A stretch of 64,000 nucleotides of DNA from Dehalococcoidia bacterium (lineage in GTDB: Bacteria > Chloroflexota > Dehalococcoidia > Bin125): assembly GCA_963555985.3 (NCBI GenBank), contig OY820591.1, positions 2,592,001-2,656,000 on the forward strand. The letters are read 5' to 3'. Each line of letters begins with the position of its first letter. Position 1 is the stretch's first letter. The notes beneath the pieces are model-generated. The model was not told the origin of the DNA, made no database searches, and worked only from the letters and a program-made list of their open reading frames with translations. Position numbers and translations under genes: made by a program. Shown piece after piece: positions 9,692-18,793 of the stretch.

Positions 9692-11139
9692 GGTGTCGCT
9701 CCCTCCCCGACAAGGCGGGCGCGGATCAGATCAATCGCAATGAAGCCGAATACGACAAAGAGCGCCGTGATACAGACAATCGCCTCAATCACCGGAACAT
9801 CGGCCTGATTCAGCCGCTGGATCAGCAGCAGCCCCAGACCGGGAATGTTGAACAGCAGCTCCAGCGTCATGTTCACCGCCAGGAACAGCGGCAGCCAGAA
9901 ACGCAGCGAGCCCAGCACACTCACAAGCAGGCGGCGCAGACAGGCGGACACGGCTTCGGCATCAAGCGAACGACTGATCGCGGCGGCAAACGCTCCAGCC
10001 AGGATCAGACCTCCGCTGAACGCTGGAATGACGTAGAGCTCGAGGAAGCCAACAGGCGATTTGGTGATATCTCTCGCGTCGGGATCCGTGAACGGAAGGT
10101 CCCAGAGGCCTCCCTCAAACACACCCCTCGGCACGACCAGCACAATCAGCAACAGCGCCAGCCAGACAGCCGGCACGACCACGGCGACGCTGGTCAAACC
10201 GCGACCGGCTGCTGCAAACACCCCCTCCCGCTGGCGCGAAGCGATCAGCCCCAACGGAACGCCGATCACGACCGCGAAGAGCAGCGAAAACAGGTTGAGT
10301 TGAACCGTGCGCGGCAGCGCACGAGCCGCGACTGACAGCGAGTCCTCCTGCGTCTGAAACGAAGGACGGTAATCAAAACGCACGACATCCCAGAGAAAGT
10401 CCTCGTATCGCGCAATCAGCGAGCGGTCAGCGCCGAGACGGTACCGGATCGCAGCCTCAGTGATCTTGGCCATCGGCAACATGATCACGTCGCCGTGGCG
10501 CAGGATCGTATCGGCCGCGAGCGCGCCCTCAGGATTGCCCGGCGTACCGGGCGGGTTCGCCTCGATGATGTCTGCCGCCTCAATCCGGTTGACGTAGGCG
10601 AGCTCAGCCACACTCAGCCCCTCATGCAACCTCAGCACCGTCCCGCTCGGCGCATAGGCGCGCCCATCCAACACTGCAAAGTCAATCCCGGGATTGCGCT
10701 CTCGCAGCAATGCCGCTCCCTCCTCCGCATCCTCCTCGCGCACGATCCGCCACTCCACCGCAAGCTCCGAGAGCCACCGGCCCGCAAGTACAGCAATCCG
10801 CGTGCCATGAGCGAGCGGCTCTTGAGCGCTGTGATCGGGGTTGAGCGTCAGCAGCTCAGACAGGGACAAGTTGTACTCGACCGCTATCTCGGCGAGCGTC
10901 TCTCCGACGGCGACCCGCACGCTCGTAACCCCCGCCTCGACCTCCCCGACGATCTCACTCAGCCGAGCCCCCGCCCCCTGATTCTCAAGATTGGCCAGCC
11001 TCTGCGTCAGGAAGTCCCCGGGTAGCGCATGAACCAGCACAAACACCAGCGAAACCGCCGCCCAAAGCGACAACAGCGCCAGCGCCAACCGGCCGGCGAT
11101 GCGTCCCCATCCCAAACCGGACTGTATCCGCCGCAACAT
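9688..11139 (-). CDS. DppB/OppB-like ABC permease with LysM-like domains, divergent, EAA motif absent
   Basis: Carries LPGD, LysM VAVGETLAEIAVEYNLSLSELLTLNP and ELLFNIPGLG. Start uncertain (11139 or 11184). Confidence 0.8.
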   Translation of the reverse strand: MLRRIQSGLGWGRIAGRLALALLSLWAAVSLVFVLVHALPGDFLTQRLANLENQGAGARLSEIVGEVEAGVTSVRVAVGETLAEIAVEYNLSLSELLTLNPDHSAQEPLAHGTRIAVLAGRWLSELAVEWRIVREEDAEEGAALLRERNPGIDFAVLDGRAYAPSGTVLRLHEGLSVAELAYVNRIEAADIIEANPPGTPGNPEGALAADTILRHGDVIMLPMAKITEAAIRYRLGADRSLIARYEDFLWDVVRFDYRPSFQTQEDSLSVAARALPRTVQLNLFSLLFAVVIGVPLGLIASRQREGVFAAAGRGLTSVAVVVPAVWLALLLIVLVVPRGVFEGGLWDLPFTDPDARDITKSPVGFLELYVIPAFSGGLILAGAFAAAISRSLDAEAVSACLRRLLVSVLGSLRFWLPLFLAVNMTLELLFNIPGLGLLLIQRLNQADVPVIEAIVCITALFVVFGFIAIDLIRARLVGEGATP

Positions 11140-11230
11140 CCGCTCAACCCCGGATCCGACATAGAACTCCCGTCCGTATATCATGGCCTCCGTTCGCCCT
11201 CCCCTCCACACCCCGCGAAACCCGCCATGA

Positions 11231-11342
11231 CCACCCGAACCCACCTGGACAGAGCGAGACTAGTCCAGACGAACACCTCCAGTACCGCCCCAAACACCCC
11301 CGCAATCCAGCCAGATCCAGACAAATCTGGACTAATCCGGAC
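11231..11342 (+). repeat. 10-bp-period degenerate tandem array (nnATCYRGAC)
   Basis: Units CCACCTGGAC, AGAGCGAGAC, TAGTCCAGAC ... AGATCCAGAC, AAATCTGGAC, TAATCCGGAC. A related array lies at 53437-53536 on the opposite strand. Confidence 0.65.
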
Positions 11343-11402
11343 TACCTCCGGCCCAATTCTCCGTCCACAGCCCCAAATTCACGCCCTCGCCAAGAAAAAC
11401 CC

Positions 11403-12647
11403 TCACTGGCTCCCGCGCAGGCGCGGATCAAAGACATCCCGCAGCGCATCGCCGAGCACATTGAAGCCAAACACCAGCGAAGTCAGCGCCAGACCCGCGA
11501 ACAGCGATGTCCACGGCGACTGCACGATGAACTGCCGTCCGTCCGCGATCATCTTGCCCCAGGACACATCCAGCGTCCCCAGACCCAAGAAGCTCAACGC
11601 CGCCTCAGCGAGGATGAACGCTCCGATCGTGATCGAGAAGATCACGATCAGCGGCGCGACGATGTTGGGCAGGATGTGCATCATCATGATGCGCAGATTG
11701 GTGGCGCCGATCGTCCGCGCTGCCTCGACGAATGGCATCTCGCGCAGCGCGATCACCGCGCCACGCACAATTCGCTGCACGGGCGCCACCGCTAATGCCG
11801 AGAGCGCCAGCGTCACCCAGAGCGCCGACGGCTCCGTCACAGCCCGCAGCAACAGCAGGAACACGATCGGCGGGAACGACTGAATCGCGTCCATGACTCG
11901 GTTGATCGCGAGGTCGATGTTGCCCCCGAATCCGCCCGAGATCAGCCCAATCAGCGTGCCCGCGACTACCCCCACCAGCGTCGCGAAGAAGCCGATGTAG
12001 AGCGACAGCCGTGCTCCCTCGGTCACCCGCGCGAACAGGTCGTGCCCGGCCCGGTCGGTGCCAAACCAGTGCTTGCCCGACGGCCCTTGCAGCGACGCGG
12101 TCGTGAGCGGCGTGTTCGTGCCTGTCGCGAGTAGATCATCAAAGTCGTGGATCGTGCCGTCGCGGATCTCGATCTGTACCGGATCCAGGTCTTCGCCGAG
12201 GTGAGTCAGGACCCTTCCTTCGACGATCAACCCCTCGACGTACGCCAGCATGTCGTCGATCACGCCCGACTCGGCCGCCAGATCGCCGTAGACATCGGGA
12301 TCAAGCAGCAACTCCCGCAGCCGGGCGTCGGAGATATCGGCCGGCTCGCCGTCCAGCGCGTTCGCCATCTTGTCGTCCGCGAAGTTCTGATTGGCGATCT
12401 TGAACACTTCCTGCGAGTCGTACCGCCCCAGCCCCAGCCAGCCGCCGCCGGAACCAACCGTGCCGATCGCGATCACGCTCCAGACCACGACCAGGATCAG
12501 GCCGGCCGCGCCGAGCGGCTTGCCGGTCATGAAGCTGCGCAGCGCGCCGCCCACCATCGCCAGACGCGAGCGCTCCTCCACCCGCAGACCTTGCGCAGCG
12601 GCAAACTCTTCCAGATTGGCGGCGGTCTCAGGCGCTTGATCGCTCAT
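11403..12647 (-). CDS. DppC/OppC-like ABC permease with large extracytoplasmic insert
   Basis: Motifs HWFGTDRAGHD, EAA loop FVEAARTIGA, HILPN, EAALSFLGLG and GDALRDVFDPR. Confidence 0.93.
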   Translation of the reverse strand: MSDQAPETAANLEEFAAAQGLRVEERSRLAMVGGALRSFMTGKPLGAAGLILVVVWSVIAIGTVGSGGGWLGLGRYDSQEVFKIANQNFADDKMANALDGEPADISDARLRELLLDPDVYGDLAAESGVIDDMLAYVEGLIVEGRVLTHLGEDLDPVQIEIRDGTIHDFDDLLATGTNTPLTTASLQGPSGKHWFGTDRAGHDLFARVTEGARLSLYIGFFATLVGVVAGTLIGLISGGFGGNIDLAINRVMDAIQSFPPIVFLLLLRAVTEPSALWVTLALSALAVAPVQRIVRGAVIALREMPFVEAARTIGATNLRIMMMHILPNIVAPLIVIFSITIGAFILAEAALSFLGLGTLDVSWGKMIADGRQFIVQSPWTSLFAGLALTSLVFGFNVLGDALRDVFDPRLRGSQ

Positions 12648-12698
12648 CGGGCGTGTCCTTCGCAGATCGAGCGGACGCTTCGGCCGATCTTCATCGGC

Positions 12699-14324
12699 CT
12701 AGGTGTAGCGAATCCGGGGGTCAATCAGCGCGTAGCTGATGTCGATGATGATGTTGATGATGATCACGAACAGCGCCAGGAAGAACACCATCGTCTGCAC
12801 CACCGGAATATCCGCCTGGTTGATCCGCTGAATCAGCAGCAGGCCGATGCCGGGGATGTTGAACAGCAGCTCGAGGATAATGTTCCCGCCTACCAGCGCC
12901 GCGATCTGCAAGCCGAGAATGCTGAGCACGTTCACCATCGCGTTGCGCATCGCGTGCCGCCGGATCACCGTGCGCTCGCGCAGACCCTTCGACCAGGCCG
13001 TACGCACGTAGTCCTGGCGCAGCACCTCAAGCAGCTCCGAGCGCGTAATCCGCATCAGACCCGCGCCCGCGGCGATCCCGCCCGCAACGGCGGGAATGGA
13101 ATAGAGCGCGAAGAATCCGGGCACGGAAGTGAAGATGCTGCGCGCATCCTCCGAGGTCAGCGGAATCGACCACAGCCCCCCTTCCGAAATCCCGCCTGGC
13201 GTCACCACGAAGATCAACATCGTCGCAATCCAGAACGAGGGCGCGGCCAGCGCCAGGATCGCAAACCCGCGCAGCCCGTAGTCGAGCGGGCGGTCCTGCC
13301 GCATCGCCGAGAGAATGCCGACCGGGAACGCGACCAGAATCGCCACGATCAGCGCGTAGATATTGAGGTGCAGCGTGCGCGGCAACGCCCGCACGAAGAT
13401 GTCGAGCGAGTCCTCCTGCGTCTGGAACGAGGGGCGGAATTTCAGCCGCACCGTCTCCCAGAGGAACTCCCCGTACTGCACGCCCAACGGTTTGTCGATC
13501 CCCAGCCGATTGCGAATGTTCGCCTCGGTGATCTTCGTCGTCGGCATAATGATCGCGTGCGCCGGAATCTCAACAACCGTTCCGGCCTCGAGCGGCTCAG
13601 CCGGATCGATCTGCGGATTGACCTTCTCCGTCCGATCCAACGGACGATTCGTGGCAACCGCGATGCTCTCTAGGGTGTCCCCCGCGTTGGCAGTGAAAGT
13701 CGTCGCCGGTTCGAGCGGCGTCGTCGCCGTGAGCGCCCCGTCAGGATTCGTCGGCACCCCCGTTGGATTCGCGGCGAGGATGTCCGACGCCTCAATCCGG
13801 TTGACGTGCGCCAACTCTTCCAGGTTGATGCTCGTGCGTAAGGTCAGCGTCGTCCCCGTCGGCGCATAGGGTTTGCCCTGATAGGTGGGGAAATCGACCT
13901 CCGGGTTGCGATCCAACAGGATCTGCACCCCCTCCTTCGCATCTTCAGGCAGCGTGATCCGTTGCGACACCGCGAGCTGTTCCAGCAGCTGGCCGGGAAT
14001 CAGGATGATCCGCGTGCCGGGCCGCAGGTCGCCGCCCGCTTCGAGGTCGGGGTTGGCCCGGAGCAGTTCCGAGACGCTGACACCGTTGGCCAGCGCGATG
14101 CTGTCAATCGTGTCGCCCGTGATCACCCGGTGAGTGGTGTCCTCAATCTCAATCTGGCCGATGATCTCCGACTCTCGCGTCTCCGCCCCCTGGTTCTCAA
14201 GGTTGGAGAGTTTGCGCGTGACGAAATCCCCCGGCAGCGCGCGCAGGGCGAGAAAGAGGAGTGAGACGACCAGCCAGATCGTGGGAATCACGAGGATGAT
14301 GCGTCGGATCAGGTACTGCTGCAT
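12699..14324 (-). CDS. DppB/OppB-like ABC permease with four LysM-like domains
   Basis: Motifs YLIRR, LPGD, DYVRTAWSKGL and DPRIRY. LysMs include HRVITGDTIDSIALANGVSVSELLRANP and TANAGDTLESIA...VNP. Confidence 0.92.
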   Translation of the reverse strand: MQQYLIRRIILVIPTIWLVVSLLFLALRALPGDFVTRKLSNLENQGAETRESEIIGQIEIEDTTHRVITGDTIDSIALANGVSVSELLRANPDLEAGGDLRPGTRIILIPGQLLEQLAVSQRITLPEDAKEGVQILLDRNPEVDFPTYQGKPYAPTGTTLTLRTSINLEELAHVNRIEASDILAANPTGVPTNPDGALTATTPLEPATTFTANAGDTLESIAVATNRPLDRTEKVNPQIDPAEPLEAGTVVEIPAHAIIMPTTKITEANIRNRLGIDKPLGVQYGEFLWETVRLKFRPSFQTQEDSLDIFVRALPRTLHLNIYALIVAILVAFPVGILSAMRQDRPLDYGLRGFAILALAAPSFWIATMLIFVVTPGGISEGGLWSIPLTSEDARSIFTSVPGFFALYSIPAVAGGIAAGAGLMRITRSELLEVLRQDYVRTAWSKGLRERTVIRRHAMRNAMVNVLSILGLQIAALVGGNIILELLFNIPGIGLLLIQRINQADIPVVQTMVFFLALFVIIINIIIDISYALIDPRIRYT

Positions 14325-14371
14325 CTTGCCTCCGCGTCAGACTCGTCGCGCGGGCCGGTTGTTGCCGCTCG

Positions 14372-16402
14372 CTAGGCGGGGTACTCAGGGTGGCTGGTGT
14401 CGAGCCAGAGTTCGTCGACCAGCTTGTGCCCGCTGTGAGCGAACTGATAGCTGTCTGCGCTCGCCTGGTACCAAGGCCAGGAAGCCTCGTTGGAGACCGG
14501 GTTCATCACGCCCGGACCGGGCGAGATGCCTTCCCAGCCCCAGTCGGGGTGAGTACCGAGCTGGATCTGGATCACTTCGTCGGCGAGCACCTTCTTGGCT
14601 TCGAGGTCGAGCGTGATCTTCATCTCTTCGGCGAGTTCGGTCACGCGCGGGTTCTCGTAGCTGTAGAAGTTCAGCGAACCGCCCGGAATCAGCCCGGCCA
14701 GCCAACGGGTTGTGGGGTCGAGATCATCGGGCGGGTTGGTCCAGCACGGAATCTGGCCCTGGAAGGTACCCTCAACCAGACGCTGGAGGAGCACGGTGTA
14801 GGGGTCGACGCCGATATCGAACTCGATCCCCATCGCCGATTCGTACATGTTCTTGCTGGTCTCGACGATGCCGGGGTAGCGCTGCTCCCAGACATCAGGC
14901 GCGAAGAGGCCGATGCTGCGTCCGGTGTCGCGGAAGCCGGTGGCGTCGACCAACTCGTTGACCATTTGCAGCTCGGCGTCGCGGTCGGGCCGGAAGCCGG
15001 GGATTTCCGAGATTGATTCCTGGTCGGGCGTCCAGAAGGTGGAGAACCAAGGAACCTCCGGCAAGACGCTGGGCTTGGCTGAGCCGAGGTAAACAGCGTC
15101 GATCATCAGGTAGCGGTCGGTGGCGATGTGGTACGCGGCCCAGAGCCGGCGGTCGACCCAGGGATTGCCGAGTCCGTCTTCGCCCTGCCAATCCGGGTTG
15201 AAGTTGCCGCGGATCATGATCGTGAAGCCGCCGCCGACCGTGTTGCGCTGCATTTGCGGGAAGTCTTCAAGCAGGCGCTCGATGATGCTGATGTCGAGCC
15301 AGGCGCCGTCGAGCTCCTTGTTGCGCACCGCCGTTTCGACCGCGGTCTGCTCAAAGAGGTTGAACAGTTCCCAACTGTCCGCGTAGGGCAACTGCTGGCC
15401 CCAGGCGTCTTGCTTCCAGTAATCCGGGTTGCGGTCGGCGACGAAGACCTCGGTCGGTTCGTAGCGCTGGGCGATGTAGGGCCCAGAGCCGGCGATGCGG
15501 AGGGTGGAAGGGTCGTCGCGCCAGACATCGGAGTCGAGACCCCATTCCTGGATGCCCTCGGGTGCGGCCATCCAGCCGAACGGACGCAGGAAGGTGGCCG
15601 AGAGATAGGTGGAGTCGATGCCGTCGGATTGGGTGAAGAGGGTCTGATCGTCGGTCGCTTCCGAGACCGCAATCTTGCGCCAACTGGAGAGGCCGAGGAA
15701 GGACCCGTCCTCGGCGCCGGTCGAGTCCGTCCCAGCGGTGAGCCGATCGACGTTGAACTTGATGTCCTGGGCCGTGATGTTGCGTCCGCCCTCGGTGGGA
15801 TAGGAGTCATGCCAGCGGGCGGCCGGGTCGATGGTAAAGATGTAGGTGGTGTCGTCGGGGATTTCGGGCAAGGCCGCGATATCCGCCTCCATCTCCGACT
15901 TTTCCTTGTTCTTCCAGCGGATCAGGTTGTTGTAGAGCATCGAGTGCATGAACTGGGTGGGGCCGAAGACGCCGCGGTGCGGATCCCAGTAGTCATGCGT
16001 CTCGATCGTGGTCGCGCGGCGTGCGACGCCGCCGTACTGCGGGACAGGGCCTTCGGCGACGGCCGCTTGCTGTTGTTGCTGCGCCTGCTGTTCGGCGGCG
16101 GCCTGCTCTTGCTGCTCAGCCTGCTGCGCCTGCTGCTCGGCGGCGGCCTGCTCTTGCTGCTGCTGGGCTTGCTGCTGAGCGGCCTGCTGCTGTTGCTGCT
16201 GCATCGCCTGCTGCTGAGCGGCCTGCTGCCGTTGCTGTTGCTGCTGGGCGACCTGGGCGACGCTGTCGTCGTCATCGTCGTCGCCGCAGCCGACCAGGGC
16301 CAGACCGGCCGCGCCGACGCCGGCGCGGCCCGAGGCGCGCAAGAGCGCCCGCCGGCTCATTCGGTTCCGCCGCATTCGCTGCCAGTAGTTGCGCTCGCTC
16401 AT
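14372..16402 (-). CDS. Family-5 ABC substrate-binding lipoprotein 1 (Tat leader, poly-Q linker)
   Basis: SRRALL twin-Arg, LVGC lipobox, poly-D then Q/A-rich linker, PQYGG, GSGPY and RNPDYW. Confidence 0.92.
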   Translation of the reverse strand: MSERNYWQRMRRNRMSRRALLRASGRAGVGAAGLALVGCGDDDDDDSVAQVAQQQQQRQQAAQQQAMQQQQQQAAQQQAQQQQEQAAAEQQAQQAEQQEQAAAEQQAQQQQQAAVAEGPVPQYGGVARRATTIETHDYWDPHRGVFGPTQFMHSMLYNNLIRWKNKEKSEMEADIAALPEIPDDTTYIFTIDPAARWHDSYPTEGGRNITAQDIKFNVDRLTAGTDSTGAEDGSFLGLSSWRKIAVSEATDDQTLFTQSDGIDSTYLSATFLRPFGWMAAPEGIQEWGLDSDVWRDDPSTLRIAGSGPYIAQRYEPTEVFVADRNPDYWKQDAWGQQLPYADSWELFNLFEQTAVETAVRNKELDGAWLDISIIERLLEDFPQMQRNTVGGGFTIMIRGNFNPDWQGEDGLGNPWVDRRLWAAYHIATDRYLMIDAVYLGSAKPSVLPEVPWFSTFWTPDQESISEIPGFRPDRDAELQMVNELVDATGFRDTGRSIGLFAPDVWEQRYPGIVETSKNMYESAMGIEFDIGVDPYTVLLQRLVEGTFQGQIPCWTNPPDDLDPTTRWLAGLIPGGSLNFYSYENPRVTELAEEMKITLDLEAKKVLADEVIQIQLGTHPDWGWEGISPGPGVMNPVSNEASWPWYQASADSYQFAHSGHKLVDELWLDTSHPEYPA

Positions 16403-16440
16403 CGCAATCTCCTTCTCGCGTTTTCCTCGGCGTGCGCGAA

Positions 16441-16471
16441 AGTGTAACCGATACGACAGGTTTGGTGACAA
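16441..16471 (-). promoter_or_regulatory. Putative sigma70-type promoter of SBP1
   Basis: Minus strand reads TTGTCA-19nt-TACACT and is conserved with the SBP2 upstream region. The spacer is longer than canonical. Confidence 0.4.
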
Positions 16472-16592
16472 TTGGCCTTCAGCTACTGCGCCGGCTTGAC
16501 CTGGATTGGAGCGCCACGACGACAGCGCAGGTTATGACGCGCCGCCGTCCGCGCGCGTTCGCGCTGCGGGGCCGGCGGCGGTTTAGGCGGCG

Positions 16593-18617
16593 TCAGGCCG
16601 GGTATTCGGGGTGGTCGGTGTCCAGCCAGGTGCTGAAGTGGTTGTGACCGGCGTGGGCGAACTGGAATGCGTCCTCGTTCGGGTGGTAGTAGGGCCAGCC
16701 CACGTTGTTGTTGATTGGATTCATCACGCCGATCGAGGGCGAAATGCCGTCCCAGCCATGATCAGGGTGGACGCCCATCATGAGCTGCACCACCTCGTCG
16801 GCCATCACCTTCTTCTCTTCGAGATCGAGCGTGACCTTCATCGTCTCGGCGATTTCGGTCACCCGCGGGTGCTCGTACTGATAGAGGTTGGATGAGCCGC
16901 CGGGGACGCGGCCGTTGAGCCAGGAACTGGTCGGGTCGAGGTCCGACGGTGGGTTGGTCCAACTCGGACCGTCACCGGGATAGGTACCTTCAACCAAGCG
17001 CTGGAGGATGACTGTGTAGGGCTGGAGGTCGATGTTGACCGTCAGACCCAGAGCGGACTCGTACATTCCCTTAATCGTCTCCACGATCCCTGGATAGCGC
17101 TGCTCCCAGACATCCGGCTCGATGATGTAGATCTCGCGCCCGCTGTCGCGGAAGCCGCTGGCGTCAACCAGATCGTTGGCGAGCTTGATGTCCGCATCTC
17201 GGTCGGGACGGTAGCCAGGCCAGGTGATGAGGTCATCCTCCTTCGGTGCCCAGAACGCTGAGAACCACGGAGTCTCGGGCAGTGAGGAAACCTTCGCCGA
17301 GCCAAGATAGACCGTGTCGATCATCAGATACCGGTCCGTGGCGGCATGGAATGCCGCCCACATGCGGCGATCGACCCAGGGGTTGCCTTCCCCATCCTCA
17401 CCCGGATAGTCGGGGTTGAAGTTTGAGCGGATCTGGATCGTGAATCCACCTGCGGTGGTTCGCTTGACCAGTTGCGGAAAGTCGTTGGTCAGCGCATCGG
17501 TCAGGGCGACATCGAGACCGACAGCGTCAATCTCTTTCGTCCGCATTGCTGTGTCCTGCGCCGTCGGCTCCCAGAGCTCGATGTAGTGGAACTCATCCAA
17601 GTAGGGCAGCTGTTGGCCCCAGTCGTCGTACTTCCAGAAGTCCGGGTTGCGCCGCACGATCAAGCGGTCGGTCGGCTCGAAGTACTCGGCGATGTATGGG
17701 CCCGAGCCAGCGACGCGGAGTACAGTCTGTTCGTCGCGCCAGAGGTCGGTTTTGTAGCCCCACTCGTCAATCCCCTCCGGTGCCGCAATCCAGCCGAACG
17801 GATTGAGCACGGAGGCGGAGAGGAAGGTCGAATCGACGCCGCCGGACTTGAGTGTGAGCGTGCGATCGTCGATCACCTCCGTCTCGGCGATCTTGCGCCA
17901 ACTCGAGGCGGAGAGGAACGTCGAGTCTTCAGTGCCGGTGGAGTCGAACGCATTAACCTGACGCTCAATGTTGTAGTCGATATCCGTCGCCGTGACTTCG
18001 CGCCCGCCCTCAGTCGGGAACTGGTCATGCCAGCGCGCGCCGTCAACGACGGTGAAGATGTAGGTCTCCCCATCAGGGATTTCCGGTAACTCGGCCAGGT
18101 CAGAGGCCATGATGGCCTGCTCTTTGTTGGCCCAACGGATGATGTAGTTGTAGACCCAGCCGTGCATGAACTGCGTCGGGCCGAACACGCCGCGATGCGG
18201 GTCCCAGTAGTCGTGCGTGCTTACGGGGCCGCCGAAGCGGAGCGTGCCGCCGTACTTGGGCCGCTCGCCCGCGGCCATAGCCTGCTGCTGCTGTTCTTCC
18301 TGCTGTTCGGCGACAGTCTGCTCTTGCTGCTCAGCCTGCTGCGCCTGCTGCTCAGCGGCGGCCTGCTGCTGTTGCTGCTGAGCTTGCTGCTGCGCCGCCT
18401 GCTGCTGTTGCTGCTGCTGGGCTTGCTGCTGAGCGGCCTGCTGCCGTTGCTGTTGCTGCTGGGCGACCTGGGCGACGCTGTCGTCGTCATCGTCGTCGCC
18501 GCAGCCGACCAGGGCCAGACCGGCCGCGCCGACGCCGGCGCGGCCCGAGGCGCGCAAGAGCGCCCGCCGGCTCATCCGATTCCACCGCATTCGTTGCCAG
18601 TAGTTGCGCTCGCTCAT
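16593..18617 (-). CDS. Family-5 ABC substrate-binding lipoprotein 2
   Basis: Same leader and linker as SBP1. Motifs PKYGGTL, GSGPY and RRNPDFW. Confidence 0.92.
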   Translation of the reverse strand: MSERNYWQRMRWNRMSRRALLRASGRAGVGAAGLALVGCGDDDDDDSVAQVAQQQQQRQQAAQQQAQQQQQQQAAQQQAQQQQQQAAAEQQAQQAEQQEQTVAEQQEEQQQQAMAAGERPKYGGTLRFGGPVSTHDYWDPHRGVFGPTQFMHGWVYNYIIRWANKEQAIMASDLAELPEIPDGETYIFTVVDGARWHDQFPTEGGREVTATDIDYNIERQVNAFDSTGTEDSTFLSASSWRKIAETEVIDDRTLTLKSGGVDSTFLSASVLNPFGWIAAPEGIDEWGYKTDLWRDEQTVLRVAGSGPYIAEYFEPTDRLIVRRNPDFWKYDDWGQQLPYLDEFHYIELWEPTAQDTAMRTKEIDAVGLDVALTDALTNDFPQLVKRTTAGGFTIQIRSNFNPDYPGEDGEGNPWVDRRMWAAFHAATDRYLMIDTVYLGSAKVSSLPETPWFSAFWAPKEDDLITWPGYRPDRDADIKLANDLVDASGFRDSGREIYIIEPDVWEQRYPGIVETIKGMYESALGLTVNIDLQPYTVILQRLVEGTYPGDGPSWTNPPSDLDPTSSWLNGRVPGGSSNLYQYEHPRVTEIAETMKVTLDLEEKKVMADEVVQLMMGVHPDHGWDGISPSIGVMNPINNNVGWPYYHPNEDAFQFAHAGHNHFSTWLDTDHPEYPA

Positions 18618-18655
18618 TGCAACTCTCCTCCTGCGTTCGCCATGACGTGCGCCGA

Positions 18656-18686
18656 ATTGTAACCCATACCACAGGTGTAGAGACAA
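18656..18686 (-). promoter_or_regulatory. Putative sigma70-type promoter of SBP2
   Basis: Minus strand reads TTGTCT-19nt-TACAAT and shares ACCTGT.GTAT.GGTTACA with the SBP1 upstream region. Confidence 0.4.
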
Positions 18687-18793
18687 CAGCGCGTCACCGC
18701 GAGTCCCACAACAGTTGAAATTCCGCTCTCTCGCTGCGTTGCAGGGGAGAGAGGAGCGGAGATTCCAACGTGCGCCGGAATGACGGACGGAGG

